From contig NIVC01001353.1 in the NCBI GenBank assembly GCA_002269645.1, positions 1 to 64,000 on the forward strand: a stretch of DNA of 64,000 bases, given 5' to 3'. The notes under the pieces were generated by a model that saw only the letters and a program-made list of their open reading frames with translations, was not told the origin of the DNA and made no database searches. The DNA is from Macrostomum lignano. Lineage: Eukaryota. The translations under genes were made by a program, and so were the position numbers. Of this stretch, positions 24,051-36,744 are shown in pieces (positions within the stretch are counted from its first letter, which is position 1; every line of letters starts with the position of its first letter).

Positions 24051-26114
24051 CTCAGAAGGGATACTGTTTGTGAACAAGTCTCAAAGAAGCCAAGTGCAAG
24101 CAGCATTCTGCAATGTTTTCTCATTTCCCTTGGAACTGCACGAGCTCCCCGACTGCCGCAGCTTCATGCGCTAATCCCATTATCTGCCCCGCGGGGTCCA
24201 GCAGAGCTCCCACTCACTGGCAGAGCTCCACCGCGCTCCCCTCATTCAAATACGACAGCAATTTGATTTTCAATCTAGACGCCAAAGTCTAGCCTATAAT
24301 TAGCATAAAAAACCTAATTATCGGACCAGTGCTTCAGCCGAGAGTACTCAGCTCCCATAGCAGTATTCAATCAGCGCATCACAGGCTGCAGTGTTATTGA
24401 ATGTGTACGCTAACAAAATCATTCGAACGGCAGGTTGAAGGGGCTTTCAAAATCGGCGATGAGCGAGTCACCGTTCTGTCCTGCGGCGCCGTCGGCGACT
24501 CCAGCTGCCAGGCTGCATCATCATCCGAGACGTGTCATATAAATGAAAATCAGTACTCGCAGCAAGACTGCGCAAGCACCCTGGCGCAATGCCTTCTCGG
24601 CGAGATCGTCCGGCAGCCAGTGGATTCTGTCCATTCCCTACTGACTCCTGAGTGCGCCGATACTGTACACAACACACGGCCAATTTTCAAACACACAAGC
24701 CCCCACTTGCCCTGCCAGTTCAATAAGTCAGTATAAAAAGGCTTTCTCGCGCAGTTTAAAGATTAAGAAGTGCTCAAACATAACGACTACTGCATTGGGT
24801 CAGTAGTATAGATAAAACAGAGCATCAAGTGCCTTGGTGAATATATTTGCTGACTCGACTTTGCACAGGACGGCTGGTTGCGAATTTTTTTGGGGAGGAT
24901 CCGGGAGACAGAGGGGGGGACGGAATGCGATTTGAGTAAACAGGTGCCGCTGAGGTAAAACAGATTCACAGGCACAGTTGGACGGATCAGAGTGACATTG
25001 GTTAGGTAGCAACTATTTATTGATGGGCTCAAGATGCCAATGAAAAAATATTCTAATCTATATAGCTAAAAGTTTTGCAACAGATAACTGCTACTGCAAG
25101 TAGAAGAGTAAGCATTTTGTTAGAATTACAAATTTTGAAAGTTTTGAAAGAATAACCATATATTAAATGGAGGGTTTCCTAGGTTGAAGCAATAAAAATA
25201 TTGCGTATAGTATAATTGTAGATTACTTCATTTCCATATAAGTTTACTTTCAAACATGGATAACTTTGTTATAATGTCTAGTAATTTCCGGCTTTGCACC
25301 TTTCCCAGACTCCATTCATTATTAAATGATGCAAAAGAAAACTTTGGACGAAGATTAACCTGTTAACTCCCCCAAAGTAGTTAAGACCACAGATACCAGA
25401 ATAACTGGATAGACCACTCAGCACATTTGCATGCAAGCTACTTTCAGTTCAGTAGTAAGTTAAACTGAAGCATTTTAATGTATTTTTTAAAGCCAAGGCT
25501 CATTTATTGGCTCTTACCCCCCTCACAGATTTAACCCTCCAACCGCGCCTTTCCACACCACCCCCCCGCCCCTCCCCAATTTTTATTGCCTTTCTCGGAA
25601 ATCCAGCCTAAATCTGCCATGTACATTTCAGTGGACTGGCTAATGTACATTATTGCTGAACCAACTAGCAAGTTGTTTACGCCTGCAAGCTTGGGCTTCT
25701 AAATTTATCAAAGTCATTTCAGCTGCCTTTATTTTTATAAAATAGCTTGTGTATTCTTCCTTGCTACTGAACTGAAAGTAGAAAGCTGTTTTACTAAGTA
25801 TATGCCTGAGTGGCCCATCCAGTTATTGCATGCAGTGATTGTGGCTAAGACAAAGTGCATTTTCAAAACAGTGCATTACCCCAGCAAATAGAAAATTACA
25901 TTGAAAATGACTCAAAAGTTAATTTGCCAGTGCATACAACACATAAAAGTACATTTCCATAACTGAATTCTAAAATTCGCAAAAAGCAGAGGCGTGAAAA
26001 GTGCGCACTTGAAGAATAGTAACAAAGAAGGTCAAAGAGGCGGTGCAGCACGGTGGAATGCGGGTGAAGAGGAAAATTAAGTCACCAGAGCTCGACATGG
26101 GGTCGAGCCGTCCG

Positions 26115-28226
26115 TCAGTCGTCATCCTCGTCGTCGTCCTCGAACTGGGCAAGGCGGCGGCGGAGGTCTTTGATCTGGTCGTTTTTCTTCTGCAGCATCT
26201 GCTTCAGATTGCGGAACGGCGCCGTCTGCGACACCTTCAGCTCCAGTTCCTGCTCCGCCAGGCTGAGCAGGGCGCGAACTCGCGACAGCTCGTCCTCGGC
26301 CTCGTCGGGACCCAGCCCGGAGTGCTGGCGTGCAGGGGGGGGGTCCGGCAGGTGAGCCCCTGGGGACTGGCGTGGCTTCCCCTGGCCTGAACTGACCTGT
26401 CCGACTGATGGACCTTGCTCTTGTGACCCGGCTTGACCTTCAACTCGGGAACTGGCCTGGCCCTACCTTTGTGACCTGACCCGAACTTGTCACCTCACCT
26501 GACCCCGTCATTGCGACCTGACCAGACCCAATCCTTGTGACCTCACCTGACCTCGTCATTGCGACCTGACCCGAACTTGTGACCTCACCTGACCTCGACA
26601 TTGTGACCTCACCTGACCTCGTCATTGTGACCTGACCAGACCCAATCCTTGTGACCTCACCTGACCCCGTCATTGCGACCTGACCAGACCCAATCCTTGT
26701 GACCTCACCTGACCCCGTCATTGCGACCTGACCAGACCCAATCCTTGTGACCTCACCTGACCCCGTCATTGCGACCTGACCAGACCCAATCCTTGTGACC
26801 TCACCTGACCTCGTCATTGCGACCTGACCCGAACTTGTGACCTCACCTGACCTCGACATTGTGACCTCACCTGACCTCGTCATTGTGACCTGACCAGACC
26901 CAATCCTTGTGACCTCACCTGACCCCGTCATTGCGACCTGACCAGATCCAATCTTTGTGACCTCACCTGACCCCGTCATTGCGACCTGACCAGATCCAAT
27001 CCTTGTGACCTAACTTGACCATTCGATCTGAACTGACCCACCGTGACCTTTGACCTTGTTTTTATTACCAGACCTGACCTCTCGATCTGAACAAATTTTT
27101 TTACCTGAGACCCGATTTGGCCTGACAATGGAGACAAGACTCACCTGAGCTCGCATCTCGCGCCGGTCGTCCCGCATCCGTTCGAGCTCCTTCTCGAGGT
27201 CGCGCACCAGCCGGTCGCCGCCCTTGACGCCCTGGGCGAGCTGCCTGGCCAAGTCCAGCTTGTCCGTCTTCAGCCGCTCGGCCTCGATCTGGGCGTCCTG
27301 CAGGCGCTCCTCCAGCTGGCCGATCTGGACGTGCAGGCGGCCGATCTCCTGGCGGAGCAGCTCCGTGCTGCCCGTGTCGTTCACCGGGGCCAGGTGCGGC
27401 CTGGCGTCGGCGCCGGCGCCGCTGAACTCGGCTTCCTCGAATTCGCGGATGCGGTCCAGCAGGGCCTTGTTCTCCAGCTCGGACACGTCCGCGGACAGGC
27501 GGAGGTGCCACTTCTCCGCCTGCGGGGATCGGAGCTCTGATGCTAGTGCATTCTAATGCAAGTCCTAATGCTAGTGCATTCTAATGCAAGTCCTAATGCT
27601 AGTGCATTCTAATGCAAGTCCTAATGCTAGTGCATTCTAATGCAAGTCCTAATGCTAGTGCATTCTAATGCAAGTCCTAATGCTAGTGCATTCTAATGCA
27701 AGTCCTAACGCTAGTGCATTCTAATGCAAGTCCTAATGCTAGTGCATTCTAATGCAAGTCCTAATGCTAGTGCATTCTAATGCAAGTCCTAATGCTAGTG
27801 CATTCTAATGCAAGTCCTAACGCTAGTGCATTCTAATGCAAGTCCTAATGCTAGTGCATTCTAATGCAAGTCCTAATGCTAGTGCACTCTAATGCAGTTC
27901 CAAACGCACTGTACCTGCCCATTCCGCACCCCAGCAGCAGCGAGCCCAGTTACCTGTTGGAACAGCTGCCTGAGCAGCAGAATATTGGTGTGAGCACCGT
28001 TAATGAGCTCAGCCTCCACCTCGGTGCGCACATTCTCTTCCAGGTCGGCCAGCAGGTCTTCCACCTCGTCGATAGTGAAGTTGGCCTCGTCCTTCAGCCT
28101 GGAGTCGCGGATGTCGTCAAAGCAGCCAAGGACACTTTTTAGTCTCTGGCCGCGCTGGTAGCGAGCGAAGCGCAGGTACTGCACAATGTTGGTCTGGTGG
28201 TGATCGTTCAGGCCCAGGGCTGACAT
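26115..28226 (-). CDS. LZTFL1: Leucine zipper transcription factor-like 1 (BBS17), 285 aa. Exons 28226-27954, 27519-27145, 26324-26115
   Basis: MSALGLNDHHQTNIVQYLRFAR..FTIDEVEDLL..EVEAELINGAHTNILLLRQLFQQ|AEKWHLRLSADVSELENKALL..|..FRNLKQMLQKKNDQIKDLRRRLAQFE matches recalled human LZTFL1 end to end. Both introns are phase 0 GT..AG. Confidence 0.95.
26440..27020. repeat. ~48-nt minisatellite (gacctcacctgaccccgtcattgcgacctgaccagacccaatccttgt), LZTFL1 intron 2
   Basis: Visible. Confidence 0.93.
27540..27895. repeat. 28-nt minisatellite (tgctagtgcattctaatgcaagtcctaa), ~12 copies, LZTFL1 intron 1
   Basis: Visible. Each unit contains the inverted repeat tgcatt-ct-aatgca. Confidence 0.96.
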
Positions 28227-28249
28227 GGCGTGGCTGCGGGGTTAGGGAG

Positions 28250-28669
28250 GCACTCGCACCTGATTGGCTGCTCAATTATCCACCACTGATAACTGCTGGC
28301 CAGGCAATCACACCTGATTGGCTGTTCAATTATCCACTGATAACTGCTGGCCAGGCACTCACACCTGATTGGCTGCTCAATTATCCACTGATAACTGCTG
28401 GCCAGGCAATCACACCTGATTGGCTGTTCAATTATCCACTGATAACTGCTGGCCAGGCACTCACACCTGATTGGCTGCTCAATTATCCACTGATAACTGC
28501 TGGCCAGGCAATCACACCTGATTGGCTGCTCAATTATCCACCACTGATAACTGCTGGCCAGGCACTCACACCTGATTGGCTGCTCAATTATCCACTGATA
28601 ACTGCTGGCCAGGCACTCACACCTGATTGGCTGCTCAATTATCCACTGATAACTGCTGGCCAGGCACTC
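28250..28669. repeat. 51/54-nt minisatellite x8 in the LZTFL1 5'-UTR intron or outron, each unit with CAGCCAATCAG (CCAAT box) on the gene strand
   Basis: Eight ctgattggctg cores counted. The branch point CTAAC and acceptor CAG at 28235-28234 lie 7 nt before the ATG. Confidence 0.92.
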
Positions 28670-29255
28670 AGGGTTCGTGGGGTGAGTCACCACTGAGCTG
28701 CCGCACCCTTGCCAGACACTCACGCCTACATAAGCCTATAAGCGCTGGACACAAATGAGAAGTCAACAAGAGCAAACTGTACAGGTACTTCTGCAACATC
28801 GCAATTTATTGAGTGCCAGATATCGGACCCGATCTACTCAAAAATCCCTAAGCAGGATGATATAAAAATGGCTGAAGGCGTGCAGGAACAAATTATCATA
28901 AATTACATTAGCTGAGCGCTAGGGGTGCAGTTGAAGGCATGCTGGGCGCAGACAGGTGGATGAGATAATCCTGGCTAATTATTAATTAACACAATAAGCA
29001 TTAATCACGCGAGAATCACACAAGTCGGAGTGAGCACTGATTAGAGTTTGCGGGACTGCCAGTTGCCAATAAAAATAATGAATGATTTGTCCTTGCCAGA
29101 CAGAGCGCAGCGTCGGCTTGAAGAATTCATATTCTCAATTTCAATAAATCTGCATCCAGCGGGCATCTCGGGCGATATAAAACAAGCAATGCATTAATTA
29201 TGCTAATGAGATGTCCATAATAGGAAAACGCGCTAAAGGGGGGGGGGCGGCAGCC

Positions 29256-30250
29256 TCAGTCCGGGTCGTCCATCCGGGCCGCCCCGCCGCCGCCCGCCTC
29301 CTCCCGCAGCCGGCCGAGAGAGTCCAGCCGGTCCGCCAGCAGGTGCGCCGCTTCCAGGCCCTTCAGCAGCGCCTGGAGAGCCGTCTCCTGCTGCCGGGCG
29401 CCCAGCCGAAGCTGCCCGGCAATGCCGCGGGCCTCCGCGGTCACCGCGTCCTGCTCCCCGACGGCTGCTGCGGAGCTGAAGTCACCGACGCTCCTGCCGA
29501 GGCCGCCGATGCAGCTGAGCGCGCCTCCTGCAGCTGCTGCCGCAGGCGGGCCACTCGCTGCTCGGCCCGGGCCGCCCGGTCGTTGGCAGCGGTGAGGGCG
29601 GCCTCGACCTGGCGCAGCTGGTCTGTCTCCAGGCGCTCCTGGTCCTCGCGCTGGCGCAGCCGGCGGCGCAGCTGGTCGCACTCGCGGCCGAGCCGGGCGC
29701 AGCCGGGGCAGCCGTGGACGGCTGGCGAGCCGGGCGGGGCGGCCGAGGCGGCAGGCGGCGAGCCCGCCGACAGAATTGGCGAGGCGGAGGCGTCGCTCGG
29801 CGTTGAGGCGGTTGCCGCGGCGGCGGTCGCGGGTTCGTGCCCCGCTAGGAAGTCGGGCAGCGGCGTCGGCTCGGCCGGTGGGGAGGCGGCGGTGGCGGCA
29901 GCTGAGGACGCCGCGGCAGCTGCTGCTGCTGACGCGGCCGAAGCTGCTGCAGCGGCAGCGACAGCGGCGGCGTCTCGCGGCGGCACGGGAGGCGGCGGGG
30001 GCGGAGGCGGCGGCGCGTGGTGGTGATGGTGCAAATGCGAGGCCGGGCTGCTGCCTTCGGCCGACTGCACAAAATCTGGCAGATGGTGATTGGCCAGGCT
30101 GAACGGATTCTGATTGGCTGGGGGCGGCGGCGGCGGGGGAGGCTGGTGGTCAGAGATGAGGAAGCGCCGGAACGAGTAGGGGTTGTCCTCAGGAGGCGGT
30201 GGCGGCGGGCCCGGTGTCGCCTCGTGGCCGGTTGCGGCGCGGCTCGACAT
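29256..30250 (-). CDS. ENTR1: Endosome-associated trafficking regulator 1 (SDCCAG3)-like, single coding exon with 1-nt frameshift near 29520
   Basis: EDNPYSFRRFL (cf. ANPFSFKEFL), coiled coil LRQVEAALTAANDRAARAEQRVARLRQQL (cf. VQQVEQNLELMTKRAVKAENHVVKLKQEI). After a -1 shift it reads ALQALLKGLEAAHLLADRLDSLGRLREE (cf. IKQLVSGAETLNLVAEILKSIDRISEV). Confidence 0.82.
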
Positions 30251-31897
30251 GGCGGCGGCTGCGGTGGCAGCTTCTGCAGCTGGAAAGCAGGAGAGAGGCA
30301 GCAGGGTGCTGGCTAATTAGGCTCAAAATGGTGGCTTTGGCCACTGCTAGCCAGCAAGGAGGCAAGCAGTTTAAGGAGTGAACATGAGCATGAACATGGG
30401 TATGTACACAGGCAAACAGGGTTTTCAGTTCAAGTTTGGGAATGTACATAGGTTATAGTTTATTATATAAGGTCGCAATTACACCTTTAAGCATATAGAC
30501 ATAAACAGCTTTTTTTGAACTTATAATTTTATACTTTTAGCTAAACAATCAAACAAAAGTACAAAAGTGAAAATTATAGATTACATTCAATAGTTTGTAT
30601 GAACTTCAAGATTTAAATTATATTATATATTTTAATGAATCTAAATTAAAATAACAAAAATATGATATTTTTAACAGTGGCAGCATAGGGGGGCAGGGGA
30701 GGGGCAGCTGCCCCTAGGTGACCACAGGTCACTGCCTCAAGGGGGGTGACCACCCCACCATCCCCACGGCCCTCAAAAAGACCCTAAGAAGGGAGGGCAG
30801 ATGGTCACCCCCTGCTATGCAAATGCAACTTGCATCAATGATTAAAAATGCATTTTTATTAGAATTTTTATGCTGTACATTTGTTTCGTAAGAAGTGTGT
30901 CATAATTTGTTTGTAATTTTCTACTTTCTTAGAAGATTTGTGTTCTAATTCAAATGTTTTTATTTGTTTAATTACAATAGATAGGGGAAGGGGGGTGACC
31001 ACCTAACTACTGCCCCCCCCCAACCAGAGATACTGCACCATCACTATTTTTTAATAAAATGATTCTATTCAATGAAAAGACAGATTGTTTCTAATTAATA
31101 AGTATTAATTTTAATAATCTCTATGATAACTTGCTTTCCTATTATATAAGATATAACTATTTGTATTAGGTTGATTTTTTGGTTTTAGCTAAATCAATAA
31201 AAAACTTTTGTTTAAGACTATTTAATGATAACTTGGTAAATAAAAAAGACTACTAAATATATAAACAAGCTTAATAAATGAGACAACTCAATAAGTTAAA
31301 ATATATTTGATAATTGCTAAGAGTTTGAAATTATATAGTATATAGCATAATTAACATTTCTACTAAGGGGATAAGGGGGAAATGTTTTTATTAAAGGGGG
31401 TCTAAATGAATACATGTTAATATAGGGGATTAGTAAAGCACTTAGCTAATAGAAAACAGCAATGTATAGCCTAGCTACAAACTGAGGGATAAGGCCTAAA
31501 GCCTACAAGTCAATATCAATTAGAATATAGCAAGTCTAGCCCTAGCAAAGTCTTTTACAGGGTAAGCTAAATAATAGGTCAATGGACAAAGGCCTAATAC
31601 CTTATATATAGACATAGATAATGGCCAATAAACATCTAGTAGGGCCTTTGCAAGGTGTAGCTTAGAGGTAGCATAAGGGTCTAGGCCACTAGCTTGGCAT
31701 TGCTTAGGCTGTTGCCCCTGGATAACTATTTTCCTACCTGTGAGGACAAGCTTTGCCCCCACTCCACTTTGCAACCTATCATAATTTTTTTTATTTCTTC
31801 AGGGTGCCAAAATGAATGCTAACACAGATACTCAAAATAATGAATTTATTTATGTCCATTCTTGGATTTGACCCCGCTATATAATCTAAAGTGATAC

Positions 31898-32089
31898 CTA
31901 GGGGCCTAGGGAGGGGGATAGAAGGGATAACACCCCCCAAAAAGCCTGACCAAAACTTTTTTGTTGCCCTTTGTTGCTATACATGCTACCATATGACTTT
32001 GTCATAGCACTTTTACCTTGGTGTATCCCCCCTATAGAAAATTCACCTTGGTGTATCTCCCCATAGGAAATTCTTGGCTACACCCCTAG
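31898..32089. mobile_element. Possible degenerate MITE (~190 bp)
   Basis: Ends ctaggggcctag and ctacacccctag are 10/12 inverted complements. No clear TSD. Confidence 0.3.
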
Positions 32090-34196
32090 TGAAACCCCTG
32101 ATAAGTATAATTACAAGTACATGTACTATGCAAAAATTAGTAATATGGATTCAAATGTATGGCCAGTGTGGTAGCTATACTGGTCAGTTATTTAATGGTT
32201 TGCTTTTATTTAGGCTTTTCATATTATTGATTCCAGAACCAGAATTAGTTCAAACAGGATGCCCGCATATTTTGAGAAAGTAAAATAAAGGAGACTGTTT
32301 GACTGATCCCAAAATAAAGGAGATTTAATTTGGTAATGTAACAGTGATAGGCAATGTCTGTCTAAGGCCTGTATAGGCAAACTCTGGCCTCTTGCCTCTG
32401 AATCTCTGTGTCCTTTGGGTCCTCTGAAACTTCTATCTTTTTTCTATCTCCTCTCTTTCTTTCCTTTTATCTCTTTTCTATTTTTCCTATTCTCCTGTCC
32501 TCTCTACTCTCCTCTCTTCTCTCTGATCTTGCTCATCTCTATTCTATTTTTCTACTCTTTCCTGTATCCCCTTTGGGCTCTCTCATCTTTCCTCTCATCT
32601 CTCCCCTCTTTTTTCTCTTTCCTTTGCTATCCCTCTCTCTTCTTGTCTCTCTTATTTGCCTCTTCCCCTCTATTGTCCCCATACTCCTCTTCCCTCCTCT
32701 CTGCCCTCTCTTTCTCTCCTTACCCTCCTGTCTACTCTTATATTTTATCTATTCTCTTATCCCTTCTCTCACATTTCCTTTCTCTTATTGTCTATTCATT
32801 CTTCTTTCCATTCTTATCTGCCCCTGCAGCCATTAGCTAGATTCTTTATCTGGCCTTTGAGGTAAAAATCTACCCATCCCTGCTTCAAAAGCCAGTTGTA
32901 CTCTTATGTACTCTCCTAGTTATATTCTCAAGGGATGTAGTACTCTCATGGTTGTTTCATTCTGTGGCCTATTTGTTGACTGCTTTGATCACATCATCTT
33001 TCTAGCCAATTTGCAGTCCTGAGAAGAACTTGTATATTTCTAGCTCCAAAGTTCCATATATCTGATATTGTGGCTAACCCAGGGTTGTTGCTTTAAAGTT
33101 TGTTCAAATATTAACTAATTGTATATACAAACCTTTGTTGAGACTTCCAAACTATTCTTCTACATAACTTTGCCTAGGAAAATAATACAAGTCAATGGAA
33201 TAGGCCTAGTCTTCAAATAAATCATTATTTAAAAGGACCCTAAACTAACAATACATTAAGTACAAGTGCTAAGAATCCTAGTACCTAAAGTGGCTAAAAC
33301 AAAGGAGAAAGTCCCAAAAGTCTTCTAAATAAAGGAAATAAAGGAAATAAAGGAGGGCGCAGGCACCCTGTAATCAAAGCTTTTCATATTGTCTATTTCA
33401 TTTTCAGAATTAGTTTCAGAACTGTGATCAGATTCTGGAGTTTGGTTTAAGAAATTTTCTTAATCCATTGTCATGTTTACACTTTAACAGTAAAATATAT
33501 TTTAAATGGTCAATTTTTATTATTGATATATTAGCCTAGTACAGTGACAGTGTTTTTGTTTGTTATATAGCATAAGACGAAGCAAAGTCAAGGAGCAAAA
33601 AAATAAATTGTAAAGACTGATAAACATAAAATGAGTTCAAAGCATTTCATTTTCCTACCGATTCTGGTTCTGGAATCGGAATTATTCTGTTTCTGGAACC
33701 GATCTTCGTGAAAAGCCTATGGTTAAGCCTATAATCATGCGATGTGAAAAACAACTTTTGTTCACCTCAAAAACTCAAATTTCTGTATTTGAGAGCTAAA
33801 ATCCTTATCGATATCAAAATTATTGACTTAAATACATTGATAGAAGATTATGTATCGTGTCTATCGTCTATTAACTTGACTAAACCAACTCATTTTTCTA
33901 TTATACAATTTCATAGTCGAAAGAAGGTCAATTTCTTAGTAAATATCCCAGAAAAGCGCAATCAAAAATCAAACGCATTTAAATAAAAATTTAATGCCTG
34001 ACTTAGAATCTCTGGCTAAAAAACTGTATAAGATATGTTTCGTATTGTGTTAAAGTTATTTTAAGGTACTTATACTTTTCTATTTTTTTCAATCAAGTTT
34101 TTGAGCTTTTAGTCATTTTTAACTTAGTCTCTTCCAGTACATTTTTTACATCTGTATTTCAATAATTCTGCCAACTCAGTATTGACTTTCGATTCA

Positions 34197-35827
34197 ATGG
34201 CAACCCAGGCTGGAGCAACGGCGTATGTGCATTATTTTATTTTAGGAATGTTTTTAATTTTTTACATCAAATGCTCTCTAAGTCTAAAAAATCTGCTTTA
34301 TTTGACCGTGTCGAATCTTTCTAAAATTTCTAACATGCATGGCAACACCCTCAAAAAACTAAAGTTAGCGGTCACAACTAAGAATTGCACAACATACATA
34401 ATTTAAATATCTATTTATCTAATTATTTCGAAATCGAAGAAAAATCGATAATCGATCATTCACATTCAGCGCCTAATTTTCCCCTTTTCCTAGTATTAAA
34501 CTTTAATTCTTAGCCATCTTTTGATGGAAGCTTTAAGCTTGCATGTAGAAGTTACCAATATAAAAGATTTATATTCGAATTTTCGCTATCGATAGCTTAT
34601 CAAAAATCAACTCCTTAAAAACATACTATATCTACTCCTCCCAAGCACACTAAAGCACCAAACACTTATCATTAACAGAGTCCCAAGCAAGGAGTACGTG
34701 GACAAGACGCTGACAGAGCAGGACAAGCTCCTCGCCGACCTGTTCCAGTCGTTTGTCGGCTACACCAGGCGCACCAGCAAGCAGAGGGACAACGGCGACG
34801 ACATTGCCACCATCGTTGGCGCCTGCGCTCAGTCGGAGAAATACGACAAGACCACCAAGGCGTCGCTGGGCGAAGTCGCCACCGTCCTGGCCAACGTGGA
34901 AGAATACCGGGACAACCACGTGCGCAACCTGGAAAACCACGTGCTGCACGAGTTGGCCAAGTTCGGTAACCAGCACAGGGGATCTCAGGTTAGCTCGAAA
35001 TTGACTTTTTAATACGACTTAACGTTTCGTTTGAAGCTCGATGTTGTGTCGTTTTGTTTAGTTTTACTTGTATTTACTTAAACCAATCCAACCAACCGTT
35101 CAATCACCCAACCTAGTTGGTAGAAAAACTATATGGAGATGGAATTGAGACAATTAATTATAAAGCGATGAAACCGAAAGGAGTATATTTGAGCGAGATA
35201 CTCTAGGTCGACATTTATAAGCCGAATGAAAACGTACAATACACGATTGAGCGTAGTAGCTCGTAATGGGGTGGGGCGATCAGTAAAGAGTGAAGGTGGT
35301 GCGATCAATAATTGGGGAATGTACGAACGAGCAAGATGAATATGCGAACCCCTAATTGAGCGTACATTTAGCTATTGCAAACGTAAAAGTACAAGAAATA
35401 CCGCGACACAGTGGCAGCTCCAGAACACAACCAACCGTTCAATCATCCGTCTAACCAATCTAACCAATCGCAACACCTCCCGCAGACGAACCTGCGCCGT
35501 TCTTTGTCGCAGAGTCAGCGCCGCAAAAGCGGTGCCAACGGTCAGTCGCAGGCTGAGCAGACCTTCAGTCGGGAGCTCATCGACTTCGAGAGTCGGCGGG
35601 TCACCGGCCTGCGCTCGGTGCTGCAGAACTACATGTTCAGCGAGCTGGCCTGGCACCTGAAGGCTGCCGAGTTGTACTCCAACGCGTTCAAAGCTCTGCA
35701 GGCCATAGACGAGAACGAGGACGTCGAAGATTTCAGAAGATCGCTGCAGTTGCCAAGGGAAACGCAGTCGTTAAAGTCTACGGACCGGCACCAGCTGCCA
35801 GGTGGCGGCACCGGCACCCTGTCGTGA
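34197..35827 (+). CDS. CIBAR1: CBY1-interacting BAR domain protein (FAM92 family), ~225 aa. Exons 34197-34222, 34679-34988, 35486-35827
   Basis: MATQAGATA|VPSKEYVDKTL..FQSFVGYTRRTSKQRD..LANVEEYRDNHVRNLENHVLHELAKFG..DFESRRVTGLRSVLQNYMFSELAWHLKAAELYSNAFKALQAIDENEDVEDFRRSL matches recalled FAM92A. The phase-2 donor GC|gtatgt fits the acceptor at 34678. Paralogue assignment is not resolvable. Confidence 0.85.
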
Positions 35828-36744
35828 GGCTCGAAAATCCAGGTGGATCATTGAAGGCTTTGATGGGACAAGAATCGAATACTTACTGATGATGAGTTTG
35901 TCTCCTGCTTTGTTGGTACTGTGTATTGTGCTGTAGCTGCATGAAGTCTCATTGTGCATAGCTGTGTTATCCCCAAGGCCTTGCAGAGATTGCTACAGTA
36001 TCCAGTATTTATTTAAATTCATTAGAAAGGTAGCTTAGAAGACTACCTACACGTGCACTGTGTCCGTCCCGATTGAACTAATCTGGAAGTTGTACTTCAA
36101 CGCTTATCACATAAATTTAGCTACTTGACTTTCCGCATGCCCGCATTAAGAAAACGACAAGACGCATTCTGCGAATTGCGAATAAAAAATTCTTATAATA
36201 CTACTGATACTTCAGAATGCACACAGGAATGTCAGTGCTACAGGAAGGCCGCCAGCAGGCCTGGCTCCGCACGCTAACGAATCCCTGGCCCTCGTCGTGT
36301 ATTCCAAATCCCCATTTTAAACTCCCCTCCCGCATGCTGCATCAATGTTTACCGCAGAAAAACTGGGATATTTTCCTACATAAGTATTTTCTTACGGAGT
36401 TCTGTGACTACAAAAATAACTATTTTCATGTCGTAATTGACAACTCAAAAATGATAGAATTCGATTCTCAGATTAATCTATTCGATAATTAATTCAATTT
36501 TCACCCGCCACCTTAATGTATCGCCCCAATGCTTACACTGTTGACTCACTGTGTAGAGTTGTTGTAATTTTGGCTTGCACCTACTTCCACGTGTCTGCAA
36601 GTCTTCTAGGAAAATCATCAAATATAAATGCAAGTTTTCAAGCAAAGTTGAGATTCTGGACCAATGAGAACATCAAAACACGGTCTGTGCTTTTTTTAGA
36701 ATATTAAATAAAATAGTTGAGTCACAACCTGAGCCTAGCAGTCC

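Noticed and set aside
24401-24736. 111-aa ORF upstream of the iGluR
   Set aside because: No recognisable domain or clear splice partners. It may be UTR or regulatory sequence.
30674-31045. Possible TIR element beginning cagtggcagcatagggggg
   Set aside because: The right end is too degenerate to establish TIRs or a TSD.
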